Assembly (NCBI GenBank): GCA_002415335.1
Contig: DHXL01000260.1
Location: forward strand, 1 to 30,893
DNA length: 30,893 bases
Source of the DNA: Oxalobacteraceae bacterium UBA5157
GTDB lineage: Bacteria > Pseudomonadota > Gammaproteobacteria > Burkholderiales > Burkholderiaceae_D
Direction of reading: 5' to 3'
In this document: piece after piece, positions 9,092 to 17,459 of the stretch
Numbering within the stretch: the first letter of the stretch is position 1
How the letters are laid out: each line of letters starts with the position of its first letter
Position numbers and translations under genes: made by a program
The notes under the pieces: model-generated
The model's database searches: none
Told to the model about the DNA's origin: nothing
Seen by the model: only the letters and a program-made list of their open reading frames with translations

Positions 9092-9622
9092 ATGTCCTTG
9101 CCGCATGCGCTTCTTACCGCCTTGCTGGAGGAGCCCTGCTCCGGTTCGGAACTTGCCCGCCGCTTCGATCGGTCGATCGGTTTCTTCTGGCATGCGACGC
9201 ATCAGCAAATCTATCGCGAGCTCGGCCGCCTGGAACGGTCGGGTTGGGTCGAATCGCTGCCGCCGGAAAGCGGGCGCGGTCGCAAGAAGGTATACCGGGT
9301 ACTCCCGGCCGGTCGCAAGGAACTAAAGCGCTGGACAAGCGAGCGCCAGGTCCCGCAACCGTTGCGCGAGGAACTCATGTTAAAGCTGCGTGCAGAGGCC
9401 GTGATTGGACCCACAGCACTCAGGCAGGACATCAAACGGCGCATGGACATGCACCGGCAGAAACTGGCCCTCTACAAGCAGTTGGAAGCGCGGGACTTTC
9501 CGCCGGACGACGCTTCCTATGAAGTACAACTACGGCATCTGGTGCTGACAGCGGGCGTCATGTTCGAAACCCTATGGATCGAGTGGTCGGAACAGGCGCT
9601 GAAAGTACTGGCAAAGAAGTAA
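9092..9622 (+). CDS. PadR-family transcriptional regulator
   Basis: MSLPHALL..LLEEPCSGSELARRFDRSIGFFWHATHQQIYREL..LE..GWV wHTH, followed by a C-terminal Vir_act_alpha_C-like helical domain. Confidence 0.92.
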   Translation: MSLPHALLTALLEEPCSGSELARRFDRSIGFFWHATHQQIYRELGRLERSGWVESLPPESGRGRKKVYRVLPAGRKELKRWTSERQVPQPLREELMLKLRAEAVIGPTALRQDIKRRMDMHRQKLALYKQLEARDFPPDDASYEVQLRHLVLTAGVMFETLWIEWSEQALKVLAKK

Positions 9623-9671
9623 GAACAGCCCGCAACAGGCTCGCGTGGGCCCAATGCTTCGCCGTCCCGAC

Positions 9672-10697
9672 TCAGTCGGCCATCGTCATCACCGATTGCG
9701 CCGGAAGCTTTTGCGGACGAGCGACCGCATCGTCCATCAGCGAAGGAAGCGGGGACGCGCCGTGCGGCTCAATCCTGCACCGGGGATGCTCGCCTTGCGA
9801 TCCACCGAGCGGTATCGTATAGCTGAAATTCAGGGCAACAGGCGATTCACTATCGTCGCGGACGATCGTCTTGGAGAGACCCAGGCGCCAAGCCCCTTCC
9901 GCGATCGCCAGGTTAATTGCACCTTCGACATTGTCCGCGCCATATTGAGCCTGGAACTGGCTGCAATTCATCATAGCGCCGGAAAAATGTATCGCATACG
10001 AACCGACGTGCTCCTGTCTCCCAAGCCGCTCTGCCTGATAGTATTTGTCATGCGCGCCAAGGTCGACGGATAATTCCGATTGCACCGAGGGTTTCAAGCG
10101 GACGTTGACTGCGTATCCCTGCAGCGATGCGCCCGACATTGCAGAGGCCGTGGAAGAAAAGCCATTGTCGGCATTGGCTTCCAGATCATAGAGCGTCAAT
10201 CCAATGTCGGCTCGCGGAAAGGAACGCGCCGACGACTTCCTTGCTTCGAATAAATAGCCATTTTGCAGCACGGCGCCTGATTCATTGGCGCCTTCATGCG
10301 GAGTCATTGTCAGGTGACTCGCGGTGAAGCGCAGTCGAATATCCTTGCGCGGGGACAATATCTCGTTCAGCAATATTTCCTGTTGATCCCTTGCGAAAAT
10401 AATATCTGCTCCACTGGCGACGGCCGAATCAATGGTCCAGCCGTAATAGGCATTGATTACCGGCGCGTCCTTCTCGGCGTAATCCGCCGTTGCCGACCAT
10501 TTGTTATCGGAGGTGCGATAGCCGACTGTCAGTTCGCTGGCATCGACACTGAAATTTCCGTCCCGATGCGCGCTGGGTTCAGGCAGTCCTGGGAGCGCTT
10601 GGAGAGCCGCCTTGAACGGCGGCCCCATGTCCCTGGCACAGATACTCGTCGAGATGCCGGCGACAAATAGAGCGACGAATATTGTTGGTATGCGCAT
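9672..10697 (-). CDS. Hypothetical secreted protein, possibly an outer-membrane beta-barrel
   Basis: Signal peptide MRIPTIFVALFVAGISTSICA, amphipathic strand-like segments (YAVNVRLKP, LSVDLGA, VALNFSYTIPLG). Start uncertain (10697 or 10730). Confidence 0.55.
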   Translation of the reverse strand: MRIPTIFVALFVAGISTSICARDMGPPFKAALQALPGLPEPSAHRDGNFSVDASELTVGYRTSDNKWSATADYAEKDAPVINAYYGWTIDSAVASGADIIFARDQQEILLNEILSPRKDIRLRFTASHLTMTPHEGANESGAVLQNGYLFEARKSSARSFPRADIGLTLYDLEANADNGFSSTASAMSGASLQGYAVNVRLKPSVQSELSVDLGAHDKYYQAERLGRQEHVGSYAIHFSGAMMNCSQFQAQYGADNVEGAINLAIAEGAWRLGLSKTIVRDDSESPVALNFSYTIPLGGSQGEHPRCRIEPHGASPLPSLMDDAVARPQKLPAQSVMTMAD

Positions 10698-11037
10698 GCT
10701 ATTTCGTTTGGCGAAGGAGGGACGCTTCAAGTCAGCGGCCGGTCATCGGCCATCGGCGCACACGCGGCAGGAACATCGTTGGCATCTTGACAGTCTCCAC
10801 GCATTTTCGGATACGTTTTTCGCGCCCACGGACGCCAAACTCTCCCCCCTCGACAACCAAGAATACCATGACGATTGCCGGCTTCCAACCTTGGATTGCA
10901 TGAGTGGGGAACGTCCTGCTTCCGATCGGCAATCTTCGCGCCGAAAGCCTGCGGCACCAGGAACCGGACGGCTCCGCCGATCGCCCGCAAGTCACCGCTG
11001 TGGTGACGTCCAATACGGACGCAGCCGGCGCCTGAAG

Positions 11038-11835
11038 TTACTTCACCGGCGCTCCCGCGGTCACCTCGCTACGAATTTCCCGCAACTTCGCCTTGATGCT
11101 TACCGCGTTCTCGCGACCGATTCGCAGCAGGATCTTTTGACCCGCCGAGCGCGCCTCCAGCGCAGGATCTGCGAACGTGTACAGCACATGCGGTTGCGCC
11201 AGTGCAAGCGGTCCCTCGACTTCCGGCGCCGCAAGCAAATGGTCGATCACCGCCACCAGCCGATTGTTGAAGTAGCCGTTCGGGTAGCCCAGGTCCTCAT
11301 AGGCGCGCTGAAACAAGGGATAGAAATGGATATATACGGCAACCAGTCGTTTGGTGCCGACCATATCGGCGAAGCGTATGTAAGGCATGTAGCGCCCGGC
11401 ATTTTCCGGGGCGATGGTCATATTTTTGCCGCTGGCGGCGACCATGAACTTGCCTTGTGCCGGTTTGATCGGGAGCAGTCGCGCCGCCATGGTTTCGCGT
11501 GGCAGATTATCGATCGTGACCACAATATGCCGGATCATTTCGTTCGGATAGAAAAGCCGCTTCATCGACGTTGGCCCGACCAGCGCCGACAGCCCGGCCC
11601 ACAGGGCCGGATCGCTCTTGCTCAAGGTGGGAAGCGACTCTGGTGCGGCGTCCTGGGCGGCGGGAATCGGATAGTTTTCTGATGGTTTAGGCGCGGCCGG
11701 CGCGGTCGGGTGTGGCGTCTCGACCGGCACCAGCAGACGCGGTTCAGGCGCTCTGCCCCGCTGCCAAAAATGGACGCCGACCGCGGCACCGCTCAATAGA
11801 ACCAGGGCGAGCAGGTTTCGGGTCGTCTTGTTCAT
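11038..11835 (-). CDS. DUF3014 domain-containing protein
   Basis: N-terminal TM, Pro-rich linker, IRHIVVTIDNL, RYMPY, YPLFQRAYEDLGYPNGYFNNRL, YTFADPALEARSAGQKILLRIG; RBS GAGGAG before the ATG at 11835. Confidence 0.88.
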   Translation of the reverse strand: MNKTTRNLLALVLLSGAAVGVHFWQRGRAPEPRLLVPVETPHPTAPAAPKPSENYPIPAAQDAAPESLPTLSKSDPALWAGLSALVGPTSMKRLFYPNEMIRHIVVTIDNLPRETMAARLLPIKPAQGKFMVAASGKNMTIAPENAGRYMPYIRFADMVGTKRLVAVYIHFYPLFQRAYEDLGYPNGYFNNRLVAVIDHLLAAPEVEGPLALAQPHVLYTFADPALEARSAGQKILLRIGRENAVSIKAKLREIRSEVTAGAPVK

Positions 11836-12071
11836 GCGGATTCTCCTCGGTGAAATGAAGGCGGGCACTTCGCTTGCCTTCCGCGCATCCAGCGCCGGGC
11901 ATGGCGAGCTGCCCTCCGTGCCAATTTGAGAATAGACGAGAATCCCGGTATCGACAACGCAGCGTGAGGCGATTTGTATCTGGGTAAGAATGCAGTGGGG
12001 GAATGCACGACGCCCTGACACGGCATGCAAGAGATAATGGGTTCGGACTCTCTCGCCAAATAAAAACAATG

Positions 12072-12102
12072 AAGCCGGTTAGCGAGACCCGCTAACCGGC
12101 TT
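12072..12102. terminator. Rho-independent terminator, probably bidirectional; downstream of the 12125..12607 gene
   Basis: Perfect 13-bp stem AAGCCGGTTAGCG / CGCTAACCGGCTT with a 5-nt loop; T-rich runs on both sides. Confidence 0.8.
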
Positions 12103-12124
12103 TTGCTTTGCAAGCAGTGAAGGC

Positions 12125-12607
12125 CTATTTCTTGAAAAACACGCGCTCGCGCCCTGCTCCGGAGTCTTGAATTTTATTCGCCTTGACCAGGGCATTCAGC
12201 GCAAACGTCATGCGCTGGGTGAGCTTCTTGATTTGGGTATTGGTTGGTGTAAAGCCAAGTTTATCGATCGCCGATTTCAATATTTCCGAGCTGTGCTGGC
12301 CTTGCTCGGTAAGAAGATTTGGCCAATAATCGCCGCCTGTCGACGGCAGCTCTGCGCTTTCTTTTTCCGGCCTTGCCTTCTTCTTGGCCGAATTCTTCAG
12401 TCGCTTGGCGCCTGCGGCTGCGGCAACGCCCGCGGTCTTCGGCGGTTTCGCTGTCTGAGACATTGCGGCGGACGATTCTTTCAAATTCTTCAGTTCTGCG
12501 AGCGCCTGTTCGAGCGCTTTTACACGCGCGGAATAATAGGTCAATCCATTTTTTGCGTGAACGATCTCAGCTTCGATAGCGAGTGCGGCGGTTTGCAGAT
12601 TTGACAT
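12125..12607 (-). CDS. Hypothetical basic protein: N-terminal coiled coil, Lys/Ala-rich linker, putative C-terminal winged helix
   Basis: 160 aa from MSNLQTAA; RBS AAAGGA; its own terminator; heptad-like RVKALEQALAELKNLKE. Confidence 0.75.
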   Translation of the reverse strand: MSNLQTAALAIEAEIVHAKNGLTYYSARVKALEQALAELKNLKESSAAMSQTAKPPKTAGVAAAAGAKRLKNSAKKKARPEKESAELPSTGGDYWPNLLTEQGQHSSEILKSAIDKLGFTPTNTQIKKLTQRMTFALNALVKANKIQDSGAGRERVFFKK

Positions 12608-12683
12608 AGTGGGTGTTCCTTTCGCTTTTAAAAACCATTGGCCCGGCGACTGAAGCGTTCCTCTAGTCGGCAGAATTCTGGAT

Positions 12684-12712
12684 TCTATACAATTATTGCC
12701 CGGCCGTCTCAA
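12684..12712 (-). promoter_or_regulatory. Candidate sigma70 promoter for the 12607 gene
   Basis: TTGAGA (12712-12707), 17 nt, TATAGA (12689-12684) preceded by TG. Confidence 0.4.
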
Positions 12713-12830
12713 TCGATTCTTTTGTGGCATCGCCGTCTCCGATGTCTAATGCATATGTTACCCTTCAATAAACATCCGTAGAAGGCCTCGTGCGAAATCC
12801 CTCTATCGAGAGATTATCGCTCCAGGCCGT

Positions 12831-14429
12831 GTGGCCAAGAAACCGACCATGAGAAAAGTAACCACGCCGGCCGATCTGAATTCGATAGGGATCTGGCCTT
12901 GCCTGGCTGTCGAACACCTGGCGCCCCACCCTATCGGCACACTGCCGCCGCATCCCGACAGCGCAAGCCGGGCCGCCCTCTCGGCGGAAAAACTCATGAC
13001 TTGGCCAGGCCGCAATCCGCCGGAGCAAGTACCGGATCGGGAGGCGGCGCGCGGGCTGGAGAAGATTATCGCCATCTTGTACGCGCGTAGCGGCAACGAT
13101 TTTTCGCTCTACCACAGTAGCCTGCTGCTCCGCCGCATCGCGCGGCGCATGGGTCTGCACCACGCCGGCAGCGTGCCGGACTATGCGCGCTATTTGGGGA
13201 CGAATCCGCAAGAAGTGGATCTGCTGTTCAAGGAAATGCTGATCGGTATGACTCGTTTTTTTCGTGATCCCGCAGTGTGGGACTATCTGCTGGAACAAGC
13301 GTTACCGGCACTGCTGGCGGCATATCCGGACGGCAAGCGATTGCGGGCCTGGGTGCCGGCATGCTCGACTGGGGAAGAAGCCTTTTCGCTAGCGATCGCA
13401 TTCAAGGAAACGCTGGCCCGTGTCAAGCCGGCGGGCCGATTCTCTTTGGAGATCATCGCGACCGATCTCGATACCGATGCGATCGACAGGGCCAAGCGGG
13501 GGCTTTTTTCCGGAAGCATCGCTACTGACGTCTCGCCGGAGCGCCTGCGCCGCTTCTTCGTCGCGGACGGCGGCAACTACCGAGTAGCGAACGAAATCCG
13601 CGACATGATCGTCTTTGCGCGGCAGAATATCGCAATGGACGCGCCGCTCGCCAAACTTGACATTGTCACCTGCCGCAATCTCCTGATTTATTTCGGACCG
13701 GACTTGCAGCGCCGGTTAATTCCCCTGTTCCATCATTCGTTGAATCGCGGCGGACCGCTCCTGCTGGGTCTTGCCGAAACCATAGGCGGCTTCAAGGACC
13801 TCTTTTCGATGCTTGATAGCAGGACGCCGCTGTATCGACGGATTGAAAGCGCAAGCGGCGTGGCGCCGGCGCTGCCAGTTGCATCGCCATGGACAAGAGG
13901 CGCGCTGCCGGCCGTTCCGAAGGAAGCCAATCCCCAATTCAACTTGAGACTTCAGGCCGACCGGTTCCTGTTGCGGAATTTTACCCCGGCGGCGGTGCTC
14001 GTCAACCACGACGGCGACATTCTCTACCTCAACGGATGCACCGAAAAGTATCTCGAACCCGCGGCCGGAAAATCCAACTGGAACGTGCACGCGATGGCAC
14101 GTGATGGCCTGCGGCATGCGCTCGCAATCGCACTGAGCAAGGCCATTTGGCAGCAGATCGCCGTCACGGTGACTGACTTGGCGGTGATGCAAAATGATGG
14201 TGAAGTCCAGATGGCGAGTTTCACCATCATGGCGATCGACGAGCCGGGCGCTCCCGGGAAATTGCTGATGATCGTTTTTGGCGACATCGCGGCGCCGGAA
14301 TCCGGGACAAGCGCGGGTCTGCACGATCAATCCGGCAGGACGCAGCCGGCCGGTGCGCACGACGACATCCAGGTGACGCACAGCGGCCGCGCGCCAGCGA
14401 CGCGAGAGGGCGCCACCGATGGGATCTGA
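12831..14429 (+). CDS. cheR: CheR-type methyltransferase with a C-terminal PAS_10 domain and a vestigial CheB N-terminus
   Basis: DFSLYHSSLLLRRIARRM, MTRFFRDP, WVPACSTGEEAFS, ATDLD, DIVTCRNLLIYF, LLLGLAETIG, then a PAS_10-like TPAAVLVNHDGDILY. Start codon uncertain. Confidence 0.88.
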   Translation: MAKKPTMRKVTTPADLNSIGIWPCLAVEHLAPHPIGTLPPHPDSASRAALSAEKLMTWPGRNPPEQVPDREAARGLEKIIAILYARSGNDFSLYHSSLLLRRIARRMGLHHAGSVPDYARYLGTNPQEVDLLFKEMLIGMTRFFRDPAVWDYLLEQALPALLAAYPDGKRLRAWVPACSTGEEAFSLAIAFKETLARVKPAGRFSLEIIATDLDTDAIDRAKRGLFSGSIATDVSPERLRRFFVADGGNYRVANEIRDMIVFARQNIAMDAPLAKLDIVTCRNLLIYFGPDLQRRLIPLFHHSLNRGGPLLLGLAETIGGFKDLFSMLDSRTPLYRRIESASGVAPALPVASPWTRGALPAVPKEANPQFNLRLQADRFLLRNFTPAAVLVNHDGDILYLNGCTEKYLEPAAGKSNWNVHAMARDGLRHALAIALSKAIWQQIAVTVTDLAVMQNDGEVQMASFTIMAIDEPGAPGKLLMIVFGDIAAPESGTSAGLHDQSGRTQPAGAHDDIQVTHSGRAPATREGATDGI

Positions 14430-14430
14430 C

Positions 14431-15798
14431 ATGAAAAATCTCTCTATGAATGGAGACGCCGTCGCGCTGCGCGAGCGCGCCGAGCACATACTGAGGAAGC
14501 GCAAGCAACAAGATCCGGCCACGCCGAATACGGACGCCGATCTTCGCAAGCAATTGCACGAACTGCAGATCAATCAAATCGAGCTCGAGATGCAGAATTC
14601 GGCGCTCACCGAGCTTCACGAGGCGAGAATGGAAACCGAGCTGGCGCTCAAACGCTACGCCGATCTCTATGATCTGGCTCCGATCGGCTATTTCACCCTC
14701 GATCGCGCCGGCCTCATTTGCGAAGCGAACCTTACCGCGGCGGCCCTATTGGGGGTCGAACGGAGGCAACTGCCCCGGCAAGATTTTAACGCGTATATTT
14801 CACTGGACCTTCAGTCGGACTTCAAGGCCTTCCTCGTCAGGGTGTTCGCCCACAAGATCAGGGCATCCTGCGAACTGGTTCTGAGCAATTCACGGCATCA
14901 GCCGATTTTCGTGCACATGGATGCCGTACCGGACGAGTCGGGGCAGACCTGCCGGGCGATTGTGGAAAACATCACCCTGCGCAAGCTGGCGGAGAAATCG
15001 CTTTTCAATGTACACGACCAACTCGAGCGCAGCGTGCATGAGCGCACCGCCGAGCTGACCGATATCAACGAAGCGTTGCGGGTCGAGGTTGCCGAACGCA
15101 AGCGCACCGAGGCCGCACTGCTGGAGTCCAGAGCGGCGCTGCGCCGGCTTGGCGCCTATCAGGAACGCATCAAGGAAGACGAACGCAAACGCATCGCGCG
15201 CGAGATTCATGACGAGCTGGGCAGCCTCCTGACCGGGATAAGGGCCAACGCGTGCGTCGCGCTGGGCAATGCGGAGCGCGGAGACCGACCGCTCGAGCAG
15301 TTGGCCGATATCGCCAAGCTGGCCGATCTCGCAATAGATACGGTACGCAAAGTAATTACCGAGCTGCGTCCGAGCGTACTGGACCAGTTGGGGGTGTGGG
15401 CCGCACTGGAATGGTACGCCGGACAGGTCGAACGGCGCACCGGCCTTGCTTGCGAGTGCGTACTGGACCCGCATGCCGTCGATACCGAGCTTGACCCCGA
15501 GCGCAGCACTGCATTGTTTCGCATCGTGCAAGAGGCGCTGACGAATGCGGCCCGGCACGCCATGGCATCGCGCGTCACGATCAGCGTGACGCGCGATGCG
15601 AATCAGATCAAGGTAGAAGTCCAGGATGACGGCAAAGGCATCAGTGATGAGCGGCGCTTCAGCAGCGATTCGTGGGGCATTGCCGGCATGTATGAGCGCG
15701 CGCTGCACTTCGATGGCGAATTTCGCATCTGCAGCACACTAGGCCGAGGCACACTCGTATTCTTCCGTTTCCCGTTGGAGAAGTCGCATGCCCCATGA
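14431..15798 (+). CDS. Cytoplasmic coiled-coil/PAS histidine kinase (HisKA_3, NarX/UhpB type)
   Basis: PAS (LYDLAPIGYFTLD), H-box REIHDELG, N-box EALTNAARHA, G1 VQDDGKG, G2 GIAGMYER; no TM; the ATG follows the cheR stop by 1 nt. Confidence 0.92.
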   Translation: MKNLSMNGDAVALRERAEHILRKRKQQDPATPNTDADLRKQLHELQINQIELEMQNSALTELHEARMETELALKRYADLYDLAPIGYFTLDRAGLICEANLTAAALLGVERRQLPRQDFNAYISLDLQSDFKAFLVRVFAHKIRASCELVLSNSRHQPIFVHMDAVPDESGQTCRAIVENITLRKLAEKSLFNVHDQLERSVHERTAELTDINEALRVEVAERKRTEAALLESRAALRRLGAYQERIKEDERKRIAREIHDELGSLLTGIRANACVALGNAERGDRPLEQLADIAKLADLAIDTVRKVITELRPSVLDQLGVWAALEWYAGQVERRTGLACECVLDPHAVDTELDPERSTALFRIVQEALTNAARHAMASRVTISVTRDANQIKVEVQDDGKGISDERRFSSDSWGIAGMYERALHFDGEFRICSTLGRGTLVFFRFPLEKSHAP

Positions 15799-16429
15799 CA
15801 AAATTACCGTATTGCTGGTGGACGACCACACCGTCGTGCGCGATGGCGTTCGCCTCATGCTGGGCACCGCACGCGACATCGTCGTGACGGGCGAAGCGGA
15901 CAACGCGCTCGATGCGCTGCGAATGGTTCGCGAGCAAACGTTCGACGTCGCCCTGGTCGACATCGCGTTGCCCGACAAGAACGGCCTTGAGCTACTCAAG
16001 CAGTTCCGGGTGGAACAGCCCAAACTCGCGGTGCTCATACTGAGCATGTATTCGGAAGAGGTTTACGCGCTGCGGGCGATCAAGTATGGCGCGGTAGGCT
16101 ACCTCACCAAGAACTGCTCTGCAACGACCGTGGTCGCGGCAGTCCTCAAGGCGGCGGCCGGCGGCCGGCACGTCAGCCCGGCACTGGCGGAAAAACTCGC
16201 GAATATGTTAAGCGGCAGCAATACCGCGTTGCACGAGGAATTGTCGAATCGGGAGATCGAAGTGCTTCGATTTCTTGCGGCCGGGGTCAGTCTACTGCAG
16301 ATTGGCGAGAGCATGCATATCAGCACCAGCACGGTGGCGACTTACCGCGCCCGCATCCTGCAAAAAATGAGCATGAAAAGCAATGTCGAACTGGCTCGCT
16401 ACGCGCTTGAAAGCGGACTCTTGCTCTAG
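15788..16429 (+). CDS. NarL/FixJ-family (UvrY-like) response regulator
   Basis: LLVDDH, DVALVDIALP phosphoacceptor, GYLTK, LuxR-type HTH LSNREIEVL...TVATYRARILQKM; overlaps the kinase stop codon. Confidence 0.93.
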   Translation: MPHDKITVLLVDDHTVVRDGVRLMLGTARDIVVTGEADNALDALRMVREQTFDVALVDIALPDKNGLELLKQFRVEQPKLAVLILSMYSEEVYALRAIKYGAVGYLTKNCSATTVVAAVLKAAAGGRHVSPALAEKLANMLSGSNTALHEELSNREIEVLRFLAAGVSLLQIGESMHISTSTVATYRARILQKMSMKSNVELARYALESGLLL

Positions 16430-16453
16430 CCGGAAGCGTCAAAATACCGAATT

Positions 16454-16522
16454 TGTAGAATATCTGCTACACGATTTTTCAGACTTTCCTCATTAAAAAT
16501 ACCTGTAATTTGCGACAGGTAT
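16454..16522. promoter_or_regulatory. Two palindromic operator-like sites upstream of the FNR gene
   Basis: TGTAG-AATATCTG-CTACA (16454-16471) and ATACCTGT-AATTTGCG-ACAGGTAT (16499-16522), in an AT-rich intergenic region. Confidence 0.6.
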
Positions 16523-16671
16523 CTTTCTGGAAATTACATGATACTGAGTCCATCGACATTAGATAACAAAAAATGGCGATTGTTCTCTTTTGTAGTGCGT
16601 TACCGAGTTTTTACAACGAACGCCACATCGATCGAGATTGTTTTTTGACGGCTATTCCAAGTCGAGGCAGC

Positions 16672-17418
16672 ATGAGCACATTCCTACGGCCCCGTGTCCC
16701 GGATGTTCAAAACGCCGACTCCGCGTGGGCCATCTGCCCGTTCTGCGGCCCCCATAAGCAATGCCTGCCACCGGATGTGCTCGAGCCGTACGCGACCCGA
16801 CTCGGCCATATCTCCGGGCATCGGCGCGTGGCGCGCGGCGACTACCTGTATCGCGCCGGCGATGCCTTCACTCACCTGCATGCAATCCGGTCGGGGGACG
16901 TAAAAACCAGCCGGGTGAGCGCGGACGGCGAGGAGCAGATTATCGGCTTCAACATGACGGGCGACCTGCTCGGTGTCGACGCCATCCACGACGGCCGCCA
17001 TCGCTGCAATGCGATTGCACTGGAACAGAGCGAAATCTGCACCCTATCGTTCACGCCGCTGCAGGAACTGTTCCTGTTCATGCCTCGCCTGTTACAGCAT
17101 TTCCTGCAATTGATGGCAGCGGAAATCGCGCGCCAGCAGAATGCGATCATATTGCTGGGCAATACCCGCACCGAGCAACGCGTCGCAGCCTTCGTCATTA
17201 GCCTGGCGTCGCGTTACCTCGCGTTGGGATACTCTCCGACCCGCTTCAGGATGCGCATGTCGCGGGAAGAAATGGGATGTTACCTGGGCATGACCAACGA
17301 AAGCATCAGTCGAGCGCTATCCAATTTCAGAAGACAAGGCGTGCTCAATGTCGATTATCGCGATCTGGAAATTCTCGACATCGCAGCGTTGCGCGCGGCG
17401 GCGGCCGGGCTGGTATAG
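16672..17418 (+). CDS. fnr: FNR-type Crp/Fnr transcriptional regulator with the [4Fe-4S] ligand pattern
   Basis: C22-x2-C25-x5-C31 and C123 (EQSEIC) parallel E. coli FNR C20/C23/C29/C122; recognition helix TNESISR; RBS GAGG before the ATG at 16672. Confidence 0.88.
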   Translation: MSTFLRPRVPDVQNADSAWAICPFCGPHKQCLPPDVLEPYATRLGHISGHRRVARGDYLYRAGDAFTHLHAIRSGDVKTSRVSADGEEQIIGFNMTGDLLGVDAIHDGRHRCNAIALEQSEICTLSFTPLQELFLFMPRLLQHFLQLMAAEIARQQNAIILLGNTRTEQRVAAFVISLASRYLALGYSPTRFRMRMSREEMGCYLGMTNESISRALSNFRRQGVLNVDYRDLEILDIAALRAAAAGLV

Positions 17419-17459
17419 AAGCGGGCAGTTCAGCACCATCGGGCTCGGGACGGTACGCC

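Noticed and set aside
10740-11030. Structured-looking intergenic region as a riboswitch (for example c-di-GMP-I)
   Set aside because: Some complementary segments exist (GATTGCCG/CGGCAATC), but I could not find the conserved riboswitch core motifs. An Infernal/Rfam search would be decisive.
11897-11915. Sigma54 promoter (TGGCAC on the minus strand) upstream of DUF3014; TGGCAC also at 19639
   Set aside because: There is no TTGC at the -12 position in either case.
16573-16671. Longer ORF-track starts for FNR (16573), the GGDEF-EAL protein (17277), DUF3014 (12069), the thioesterase (3512) and the ATP-grasp protein (29702)
   Set aside because: The extensions cross regulatory DNA or neighbouring genes and lack homology; downstream ATGs have an RBS and/or begin at the domain boundary.
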